Shown here: one piece after another, positions 38,030 through 45,244 of the stretch
How the letters are laid out: the number at the start of each line of letters is the position of its first letter
Position numbering within the stretch: position 1 is the stretch's first letter
Assembly: GCA_016283195.1 (NCBI GenBank)
Contig: JAEEML010000088.1
Span: 1 to 45,244, forward strand
Source of the DNA: Deltaproteobacteria bacterium
GTDB taxonomy: Bacteria > JAEEML01
DNA: 45,244 bases
Reading direction: 5' to 3'
Program-made: the position numbers and the translations under genes
Notes under the pieces: generated by a model
Seen by the model: the letters and a program-made list of their open reading frames with translations, nothing else
The model's database searches: none
What the model was told of the DNA's origin: nothing

Positions 38030-38794
38030 TTACAATTCCATACCTGGCAGGAGGCTGAGTACGTAAGGCCCATCTTTGGTAATGGCAATCGAGTGTTCAA
38101 AGTGGGCACTCAATTTGCCGTCTTTGGTGACCACAGTCCAGCCGTCGGAGAGGCTTTTTACCTTCCAGGTGCCCTCATTGACCATCGGTTCCACAGCAAT
38201 AACGAGCCCCTCGCGGAGGTGAATGCCGCGGTGGCCGGTGTAATAATGGGGCACTTGCGGATCTTCGTGCATGGAGGTGCCGATGCCGTGGCCCACATAG
38301 TCGCGCACACTGGAAAAGCCCTCGGCTTCCACATAATCCTGAATGGTTATGCCGATATCGGAGAGATAATTATCCGGTGTGCAGCAGGCAATAGCCCGCT
38401 TTAAAGACTCTTTGGTGGCGGCCATCAAGTGGGTAGCCACTTCGCTCACTTTGCCGCAAGGCACAGTAATGGCCGAGTCACCCACATAGCCCTTATAAAC
38501 TACACCAAAATCAATGGAGATAATATCGCCCTCTTTTAAAATGCGCTTAGGCGAAGGAATACCGTGCACCACCTCTTCGTTGATGGAGGCGCAGATATTG
38601 CCCTTAAAGCCGTTATAGCCCAAAAACGCGCTTTTAACTCCGCGTTTTTTAATTTCTTTTTCGGCAATAAGGTCGAGATCTTTAGTGGAGACACCGGGCT
38701 TTACCGCCTCGCGCAGAATTTGCAAAATTTCGGCGGTGTGGATATCGGCCACCCGCATGAGCTCTATTTCTCTGGGACTTTTTAAAATGAGCAT
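38030..38794 (-). CDS. map: Methionine aminopeptidase type I
   Basis: CASINEEVVHGIP, GDIISIDFG, GDSAIT, YVGHGIG..MHEDP, AVEPM, SAHFEHSI. Confidence 0.97.
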   Translation of the reverse strand: MLILKSPREIELMRVADIHTAEILQILREAVKPGVSTKDLDLIAEKEIKKRGVKSAFLGYNGFKGNICASINEEVVHGIPSPKRILKEGDIISIDFGVVYKGYVGDSAITVPCGKVSEVATHLMAATKESLKRAIACCTPDNYLSDIGITIQDYVEAEGFSSVRDYVGHGIGTSMHEDPQVPHYYTGHRGIHLREGLVIAVEPMVNEGTWKVKSLSDGWTVVTKDGKLSAHFEHSIAITKDGPYVLSLLPGMEL

Positions 38795-38797
38795 TCT

Positions 38798-39685
38798 TTA
38801 ACCTCTTTTATTAAGCGCTGCCATTAAAAGCTGCACGGCCAGCTTGGCAGCTGTGTAATCGGCATGGTGGAAACCGGGGCGCGGTGAGAGCTCCACCACA
38901 TCGGCGCCCACAATGGTGTGCCCCTTGGCCGCATAGCTGATAATTTCCTTTACTTCGCTGTAAGTTAGCCCTTGCGGCTCAGGGGTGCCTGTAGCCGGCA
39001 TGACCGTAGGGTCGAGAGCATCCACATCCAGAGTAATATAAATCTCTTTGGGCAGATTATCGATATAAGGGAAGGAGCGGCTCACATGGCCGGCACACTC
39101 CCAGCCATAGCAAGTGGGCACCGGGCGGCTCTCTTTAAATTCCTTTTCATCCGGGCAAAAAGCGCGAATGCCGATGGAAGCCACCGGGATATTATAGAGC
39201 TCAATGAGGCGGCGCACAATGCAAGCGTGGCTATATTTGGAGCCCCAATATTCCAGGCGCAAATCGTGGTGAGCATCCAGGTGCAAGAGGCCGGCATTGG
39301 GGTAGCGCTCAAAACAGGCTCCCGCTGCCCCCACAGTGATGGTGTGCTCACCGCCGAGGGCCAAAACGAATTTATCATTCCGGTAAAGTTCCAGGGCTTT
39401 TTCTTTAACAAATTCCACCATTTCCTGAGGGGTCAAATCCTCAATTGGCAGGGGGTCGGCAGTGCGAAATTTAAGCCCGCAAAGATCCACTCCGCTCTCT
39501 TCATCGGTCTCTTCGATATATTGCGAAGCTTTGATGATGGCGGCCGGGCCGTCTTTGGTGCCGGCTTGATAACTCACGGTGGCTTCAAATGGGCAGGGCA
39601 AAATAATAGCCCGCTCTTCTCCCGGCGAAGGCAGAGCGCCGTCAACCGGGGCTAAAAACTGGGTTTCGTCTAAAACTTCTTCCAT
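38798..39685 (-). CDS. speB: Agmatinase (ureohydrolase family)
   Basis: GT..GP.AI..AS, LGGEHTIT, DAHHDLR, SHAC, DVDALDP, TGTPEPQG, DVVELSP. Confidence 0.92.
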   Translation of the reverse strand: MEEVLDETQFLAPVDGALPSPGEERAIILPCPFEATVSYQAGTKDGPAAIIKASQYIEETDEESGVDLCGLKFRTADPLPIEDLTPQEMVEFVKEKALELYRNDKFVLALGGEHTITVGAAGACFERYPNAGLLHLDAHHDLRLEYWGSKYSHACIVRRLIELYNIPVASIGIRAFCPDEKEFKESRPVPTCYGWECAGHVSRSFPYIDNLPKEIYITLDVDALDPTVMPATGTPEPQGLTYSEVKEIISYAAKGHTIVGADVVELSPRPGFHHADYTAAKLAVQLLMAALNKRG

Positions 39686-39828
39686 AAAAGCTCCTTTGGG
39701 CCCAAGGGCCGCTGTTAGGCTCTTCTACGACCATAAAAGAAAAAATGCAATGGGTTTCACGCGCAACTTAGCGGTAGCCGCGAATTTAGGTGCCTGCTTA
39801 CGCGGCTTTTTTATATAGGTTTAGGCCC

Positions 39829-41094
39829 TTATAAGAGCTTGCAAAGCTGCTCGCAGTTTTTGGCCGCCGCGCCGGTATTTTTATCCACCGTGTTTTTGGC
39901 CATGGCCCCCAGCTTTTTAAGCTCTTCTTCACCGGCAAAGAGCTTTTTTATCGTCTCGGTCATCTGGGCAATGGTGTTTTGCTGCAAACCGCCGCGGCCG
40001 TGGAGCAAAGTGGCTTCTACTTTAAAATTATCCATTGAAGGGCCAAAAAGCACCGCTTTACCACAAATAGCCGGCTCCAGAATATTCTGCCCACCTCTTT
40101 TGCAAAAGCTGCCGCCCACAAAGACCAAATCGGCTGTATAGTAGAGATCCATCAGCTCGCCCACACTATCCAGCACAAAAAGTGTGCCGGCTTCAATGTG
40201 CGTATTTTGGCTGCGCAGAGAAATTTTGAGGCGCGCTTTGGCGGCTTCGGCCAAAATATCTTCTATATGCTCCATATAGCGCGGCGCAACAGCCACCGCC
40301 AAATCCGGCATATTTTCCATTAATTCGGCAGCCATTTTAATAAGCGGCGCTATTTCCGCATGATGGATAGAGCCCAAAACCAAAAGGCGGCTTTTCTCCT
40401 CACGGCTAAAAAGATGGCGCTCTTTGGCCCGGGATAGGCCGCCTAAAAGGTTATCATATTTGGTGTTGCCGGTTACAAGAACATGGCTCGGCATAGCGCC
40501 GCCTCTAAGGGCCCGCTCGGCTTCATCGGAAGAGCGCATTAAGAGCAAATCGAGCATTTTGAGCAAATTGCCGGTAAAGGTAAAAAGCAGGCGATAATAA
40601 ACGGCCGTGCCTTGAGAGAGGCGGCCGTTATGAAGCACCAATTTAGCGCCGGATTTACGGGCTCTCAGCATGAGCACCGGCCAGAGCTCGGTATATTCCA
40701 GCACTAAAACAGTGGGCCTTATAGCCGCTATAAAGCGGCTAACCGGCCCAGCCATGTCATAGGGAGCATAGAGCACCGGTCCATACTCTTTAAGCTGCTT
40801 TTGGCCGAGACTCATGCCGCTATCGGTAATAGTGGTAATAACTATGCCGTAATCGGGATGAGCAGCATGAAAAGCGGCAATAGTGGGCTTTAGAGCCAAT
40901 AGGTCGCCCATGGAAGCGCCGTGGAACCAAATGCGCTTTTCCGGCAAATTTTTGAGTTTTTGCGTGAGCTCACCGCTAAAACGCCCCAAGCGCTGCAATA
41001 CACCGTGGCGCACCTTGGGATGGAGCAGCAAAAAGGGACTTACTGCCAAATAGGCCAAAGGGCTTATTATATACTGGTAAAGCCAGGCGAGCAT
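39829..41094 (-). CDS. waaA: 3-deoxy-D-manno-octulosonic acid (Kdo) transferase
   Basis: IWFHGASMGD, ITTITDSG, PYD, TELWP, NGRLS, TGNTKYD, APR, FVGGSF...GGQNILEPA, FGPSMDNF. Confidence 0.93.
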   Translation of the reverse strand: MLAWLYQYIISPLAYLAVSPFLLLHPKVRHGVLQRLGRFSGELTQKLKNLPEKRIWFHGASMGDLLALKPTIAAFHAAHPDYGIVITTITDSGMSLGQKQLKEYGPVLYAPYDMAGPVSRFIAAIRPTVLVLEYTELWPVLMLRARKSGAKLVLHNGRLSQGTAVYYRLLFTFTGNLLKMLDLLLMRSSDEAERALRGGAMPSHVLVTGNTKYDNLLGGLSRAKERHLFSREEKSRLLVLGSIHHAEIAPLIKMAAELMENMPDLAVAVAPRYMEHIEDILAEAAKARLKISLRSQNTHIEAGTLFVLDSVGELMDLYYTADLVFVGGSFCKRGGQNILEPAICGKAVLFGPSMDNFKVEATLLHGRGGLQQNTIAQMTETIKKLFAGEEELKKLGAMAKNTVDKNTGAAAKNCEQLCKLL

Positions 41095-41120
41095 AAAGTG
41101 AAAGCGAAAAGGCCGCTTAA

Positions 41121-41876
41121 TTATTTACGGCAATCTGGGCAGAGGTCGAAGAAGTCTGCCGGTACGCTGGAGATATTCTGGAAATGCTCGAGTTGGAACA
41201 TCGGAGCATAGGCATAACCACAGCGTTTGCAGGTCTTCATGGGCAATTCGCGGTTCCAGCGGGCGAGAGAACGCTTGGTGATGACCTGATCCAAACCAAT
41301 GCAGTTGGTGGGACAGGCCACGGCACAGGCGCCGCAACCGATACAGGTGCTGGCTACATCGTGGAAAGGCGAAATGGCCTCTTTGTGCTCACCGCGGCCG
41401 GCGAAAGAGAGCGCTTCGATACCCACGAGTTCGCGGCAGACACGTACGCAGAGGCCGCAAAGAATGCACTTATTGCCGTTATTCTTTTCAAAGGGCAATT
41501 TGTCCGCATCAATACCAAAGCGATCTTTAGCCATTTGACGGAGCTCTTTAGACTCCGGCGCTCTGGCCAAAAGGAGCTCCATAACCATCTTGCGGTTGCG
41601 GCGCACCTTTTCGGTATTGGTGAAAACTTCAATTCCCTCTAAAATCGGATAATTGCAAGAGGTGGTGAGTTTGGTCTTGCGGCCGTTTTTAACTTCCACC
41701 AGACAGAGGCGGCAGGCGCCATAGGGCTTCACCGCCGGGTTGTGGCAGAGATAGGGAATATCATAGCCATTAGCGAGTAAGAAATCCAATAAACTGGACT
41801 CGCGGGGGGCAGAACATTTTTTGCCATCCACTATGAACTCGACCATGGGGGCGTTATTTACTTTTGCTTCGGTCAT
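41121..41876 (-). CDS. Fe-S protein like the N-terminus of HydA/NuoG ([2Fe-2S] + 2x[4Fe-4S] + C-terminal 4-Cys motif), no catalytic domain
   Basis: IPYLCH...GACRLCLVEV...TSC, CILCGLCVRVC, CIGCGACAVACP, CKRCG...CPDC. Confidence 0.88.
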   Translation of the reverse strand: MTEAKVNNAPMVEFIVDGKKCSAPRESSLLDFLLANGYDIPYLCHNPAVKPYGACRLCLVEVKNGRKTKLTTSCNYPILEGIEVFTNTEKVRRNRKMVMELLLARAPESKELRQMAKDRFGIDADKLPFEKNNGNKCILCGLCVRVCRELVGIEALSFAGRGEHKEAISPFHDVASTCIGCGACAVACPTNCIGLDQVITKRSLARWNRELPMKTCKRCGYAYAPMFQLEHFQNISSVPADFFDLCPDCRK

Positions 41877-41894
41877 ATTTGTCTCCCTGGCTGG

Positions 41895-43775
41895 TCACTC
41901 GACGGTTACCGCGCCAAACTTACAAACTTCTTTACAAACACCGCACTTAATACATTTAGCGCTATCGATAACGTGTTTCTCTTTACGAGCGCCGGAGATA
42001 CAATTTTGCGGGCAGTTCTTGGCGCAAACGGTACAACCGGTACAGTTATCGTTAATGCTAAATTTGATGAGCTTCTTGCACACTTTGCCCGGGCACTTCT
42101 TCTGGAAGATATGGGCTTCATATTCTTCGCGGAAGTGGCGGAGAGTGGAGAGCACCGGGTTGGCAGCGGAACCGCCCAAAGCACAGAGTGAGCCCTGAGA
42201 AAGCGTTTCGCAGACAGCTTCGATGAGTTCCAGATCATCAGCGCGGCCCTTGCCCTCGGTGATGCGGGTTAAAATCTCTTTCAGGCGGGCAAGACCTTCA
42301 CGACAGGTGGTGCACTTGCCACAGGATTCTTCGCAGAGGAATTCCACAAAGTATTTGGCAAAATCCACCATACAGGAGTCTTCATCGAGAACAACCATAC
42401 CGCCGGAGCCCATCATGGAGCCCACTTTGGAGAGTTCGTCGAAATCAACGGGCATATCGAGATATTTCTCGGGAATACAGCCGCCGGAGGGGCCACCAGT
42501 TTGCACGGCTTTGAACTTTTTGCCGTTTTTGATGCCGCCGCCTACGCCAAAGATGATATCGCGCAGGGTGGCGCCCATGGGTACTTCCACAAGACCGGTG
42601 TTGTTGACTTTACCGGCCAGGGAGAAGATCTTGGTGCCCTTGGAGCCATTCCAGGGATTTTCCGTAACATCGCCGGTACCGATAGCGGTAAAGGCAGCGA
42701 CGCCGTTTTTAATAATGAGCGGCACATTGGCCCAGGTTTCCACATTGTTCAGCACAGTCGGCTTATCGTTTAAGCCAGACTCAGCCATGTGGATGTGTTT
42801 AGCGCGAGGCTCACCGACAAAACCTTCGATGGAAGCGATGAGGGCGGAAGATTCACCGCAGACGAAAGCGCCACCACCGCGGTTGATGCGGATATCAAAG
42901 GAGAAATCGGTGCCTAAAATATTTTTACCCAAAAGGCCGGCTTCGCGCGCTTGAGCTAAAGCAGCTGAGAGGCTCTTAATGGCCAGTGGGTACTCGTTAC
43001 GCACATAGACGATACCTTCGTCGCTGCCGATAGCAAAAGCCCCAATGAGCATACCTTCGATGACGGTGTGCGGGTTGCCCTGCAAAACGGCTTCATCCAT
43101 AAAGGCACCGGGATCGCCTTCATCGGCATTACAAATAACATAGCGCTTACTGGCGCCAAGTTTATCGGCTGCTTTCCGGCAGCTCTCCCACTTTTTGCCG
43201 GTGGGGAAACCGCCGCCGCCGCGCCCGCGGAGTCCGCTCTTAATGATGTCGTTAATAACATCTTCGGGCTTCATGCCGGAGAGCACTTTAGCGAGAGCCT
43301 GGTAACCACCGGCGGCTAAATAGCTCTCAATGCTTTCGGGGTCGATAACACCCAAAATACCGGTGAGCTCACGCTTTTGATTTTTATAGAAGGGGATATC
43401 ATCCTCTTTTTCAATCTTTTTGCCCTCGGCATCGGTGTAAAGTAGGCGCTCCACCGCTTTGCCGCTTATGGCGCTGTCTAAAATGTCGGCGGCATCAGCC
43501 ACCTGGACTTTTTTATAAAAAGTCTTTTGGGGATAAACAACAACTACCGGGCCCATTTCGCAAAAGCCCAGACAGCCGGTGACCAGTAATTCAACTTTAT
43601 CGCCCAAATTCTTTTCACTGATGAGTTTTTTAAACTCGGCAACTAATTTTTGACAGCCGTTGGCAGTACATCCGATACCGCCACAAACAGTAACAACCGG
43701 GCGGTCGCTCTTTCTGGCAGCGGCGAGAGTTGCTTCAAGATCCTGAAGCTGTTTTATTGATTTAATCCGTTCCAT
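41895..43775 (-). CDS. NADH/FMN-binding HydB/NuoF-like subunit (long, bifurcating type)
   Basis: N-terminal thioredoxin-like Fe-S domain (CGGIGC, GCLGFCEMGP), SGLRGRGGGGFPTG.KW, NADEGDPGAFMD, GAFVCGE, GGPSGG, ESCGKCTTCREG, C-terminal 2x[4Fe-4S]. Confidence 0.95.
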   Translation of the reverse strand: MERIKSIKQLQDLEATLAAARKSDRPVVTVCGGIGCTANGCQKLVAEFKKLISEKNLGDKVELLVTGCLGFCEMGPVVVVYPQKTFYKKVQVADAADILDSAISGKAVERLLYTDAEGKKIEKEDDIPFYKNQKRELTGILGVIDPESIESYLAAGGYQALAKVLSGMKPEDVINDIIKSGLRGRGGGGFPTGKKWESCRKAADKLGASKRYVICNADEGDPGAFMDEAVLQGNPHTVIEGMLIGAFAIGSDEGIVYVRNEYPLAIKSLSAALAQAREAGLLGKNILGTDFSFDIRINRGGGAFVCGESSALIASIEGFVGEPRAKHIHMAESGLNDKPTVLNNVETWANVPLIIKNGVAAFTAIGTGDVTENPWNGSKGTKIFSLAGKVNNTGLVEVPMGATLRDIIFGVGGGIKNGKKFKAVQTGGPSGGCIPEKYLDMPVDFDELSKVGSMMGSGGMVVLDEDSCMVDFAKYFVEFLCEESCGKCTTCREGLARLKEILTRITEGKGRADDLELIEAVCETLSQGSLCALGGSAANPVLSTLRHFREEYEAHIFQKKCPGKVCKKLIKFSINDNCTGCTVCAKNCPQNCISGARKEKHVIDSAKCIKCGVCKEVCKFGAVTVE

Positions 43776-43792
43776 GCGTTTGCCATTCCTTA

Positions 43793-44272
43793 TCAGGACT
43801 TTTTGCTGTCCGCTTTAATGTCGTTAATGACCTTGTTAATCTTATTAGCCGTGGCATTGCCGATGGTCTCGCCATCCATAATCACGACCGGACCCATAGC
43901 ACAGGCACCAACGCAGTTGACCCGCTCAACGGTAAAGAGCAGATCTTTGGTGGTTTCGCCGGCTTTGATTTTGAGATTCTCCTCGATTTTGTCGAGAATA
44001 CGGCCGGCTCCGCGCACATGGCAGGCAGTACCCATGCACACAGTGCAAATATGTTTGCCGCGCGGTTTTAAGCTAAAGGCTTTGTAAAAAGTGGCCATGC
44101 TGTAAATGCGGGCAATGGAAATCCCGAGGCTTTTGGCTACATGCTCGAGAGCCGGGCGGGGCAAATAGCCCTCAGCGGCCTGGATATCTTGCAGAATAGC
44201 CAGCAAATTGGCCTCGGCATACTCATTCTTGGCGAGAATGGCATCTATTTTTGCAGTATCATAACTAGCCAT
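43793..44272 (-). CDS. HydC/NuoE-like [2Fe-2S] subunit
   Basis: LQDIQ...GYLP, ATFY..FSL.PRGKH...VCMGTACHVRGA, VNCVGACAMGP. Start corrected to ATG 44272 (GGAGG RBS, 1 nt after the porB stop). Confidence 0.93.
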   Translation of the reverse strand: MASYDTAKIDAILAKNEYAEANLLAILQDIQAAEGYLPRPALEHVAKSLGISIARIYSMATFYKAFSLKPRGKHICTVCMGTACHVRGAGRILDKIEENLKIKAGETTKDLLFTVERVNCVGACAMGPVVIMDGETIGNATANKINKVINDIKADSKKS

Positions 44273-44273
44273 A

Positions 44274-45209
44274 TTATTCCTCCACCTGAACGGCCGAGCG
44301 CTCAAATTTGTAATATTCTTCGCGCACAAGGCCTTCCAGAATCTCAACATCCTCGGCGCTAAGGTGTTTATAGCGCCCTTGCGGAGAGACATAATCTTTG
44401 AGCGGTTTTAAGAAAGGCGGCTTATAGGTTTGATAAGTCACGCCGTCCACCACTTCAAAGAGCGGATAAACACCGGTTTGCACCACGAGACGGGAGAGGC
44501 GGATACCCAGTTCGGAGCCGCACTTCCAGCCGGTGGGGCAAGGAGCAAAGCAGTGGAGGAAGACCGGACCGTCGGCCGCTTTGGCTTTTTCCACTTTGGA
44601 GACAAAATCAAAGGGGTAGCCCAGGCTCATAGTGGCGCAGTAGGCGATGCGGTGATCGGCCATAATGCGGGCCAGCGGTTTTTTCCAGGTTTTTTGACCT
44701 TTGGAGAGCTTGCCGGCCGGGCTGGTGGTGGTTGTCGCCCAGAGCGGAGTGGAGCTGGAGCGCTGCACACCGGTATTCATGTAAGCCTCGTTGTCATAGC
44801 AGAGGTAAATGATGCGGTGGCCACGTTCCATAGCGCCGGAGAGAGCCTGAATACCAATATCGGATGTACCGCCATCACCACCGATAGCCAAGATGGTGGG
44901 CTCTACATCGTAAGGCAGGCGGCCTTTACGGCGGAGTGCTTTGATGGCTGCTTCCACACCGGAAGCCACGGCAGCGGCGTTTTCAAAAGCCACGTGGATC
45001 CAGGGCACATTCCAGGCTGTTTCCGGGTAAGATGAAGAAATGATCTCCATACAACCGGTGGCATTGCAAACAATGGTATTACGGCCCAGGACTTTGAGCA
45101 TCCAGCGCAACACCAGAGCGGGGATACAGCCCTGACAGGCTCTGTGGCCCTGGGAGAATAATTCTTGCTTAGGCAGCACTTTCGCTGCAAACACATTAAG
45201 TTCGTTCAC
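44274..45209 (-). CDS. porB: Pyruvate/2-oxoacid:ferredoxin oxidoreductase beta (TPP-binding) subunit
   Basis: GHRACQGC, NATGCMEI, FENAAAVASG, GGDGGTSDIG.QALSG, YDNEAYMNTG.QRS, PCPTGW. Confidence 0.92.
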   Translation of the reverse strand: MNELNVFAAKVLPKQELFSQGHRACQGCIPALVLRWMLKVLGRNTIVCNATGCMEIISSSYPETAWNVPWIHVAFENAAAVASGVEAAIKALRRKGRLPYDVEPTILAIGGDGGTSDIGIQALSGAMERGHRIIYLCYDNEAYMNTGVQRSSSTPLWATTTTSPAGKLSKGQKTWKKPLARIMADHRIAYCATMSLGYPFDFVSKVEKAKAADGPVFLHCFAPCPTGWKCGSELGIRLSRLVVQTGVYPLFEVVDGVTYQTYKPPFLKPLKDYVSPQGRYKHLSAEDVEILEGLVREEYYKFERSAVQVEE

Positions 45210-45244
45210 GACCGTACTCCTATTACTTCGGCTTCACCGGCAGG

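Noticed and set aside
39776-39812. AGCCGCG...CGCGGCT-TTTTT hairpin as terminator or riboswitch between waaA and speB
   Set aside because: The U-tract is on the plus strand whereas flanking genes are on the minus strand, the loop is long, and no riboswitch consensus was recognised.
41121-44272. Respiratory complex I (nuoEFG) or FeFe-hydrogenase
   Set aside because: No membrane nuo genes are adjacent, the G/A-like subunit is only 251 aa, and H-cluster motifs are absent.
43793-44392. 199-aa version of the NuoE-like ORF
   Set aside because: The first 40 codons overlap porB. ATG 44272 has a strong GGAGG RBS and matches the family N-terminus.
45223-45244. 3' end of an upstream gene (probably porA)
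   Set aside because: Only about six codons are visible, which is too short to support a call.

Overview
Gene-dense, mid-GC bacterial chromosome segment. By gene content (my inference) it comes from a Myxococcota/deltaproteobacterial-type diderm with anaerobic metabolism, possibly from a rumen or gut. Left to right: the 5' part of a type II secretion operon (gspE partial, gspD) under a sigma-54 promoter with enhancer-like sites; two paralogous giant Cys-rich lipoproteins (EGF/laminin-like stalk plus beta-helix head); a Ser/Thr kinase fused to a periplasmic-binding-protein sensor; grpE-dnaK-tsaC running into a compact myxobacterial gliding-motor-like module (cglF/gltF, ExbB/TolQ-like, two ExbD/TolR-like, GltG/TonB-like); a second kinase, a TPR protein, a degenerate methyltransferase and an orphan SycD-like chaperone; an EGF-FISUMP lipoprotein; cvpA-cdaA-cdaR-glmM-pdxJ(degenerate)-comEA; a vapBC pair between a Tim44-domain gene and a chimeric copy of that gene's own sequence; 8-oxoguanine deaminase plus a vWA protein; map, speB, waaA; and porB coupled to a HydCBA/NuoEFG-like flavin module with no hydrogenase H-cluster. 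The best candidates for new biology are the Agl/Glt-like motor (one stator subunit has Asn at the essential Asp position), the modular EGF-stalk lipoproteins beside the T2SS, and the POR-linked bifurcating module. No rRNA, tRNA, CRISPR array or transposase was recognised. All family calls rest on motif recognition, with no database search.
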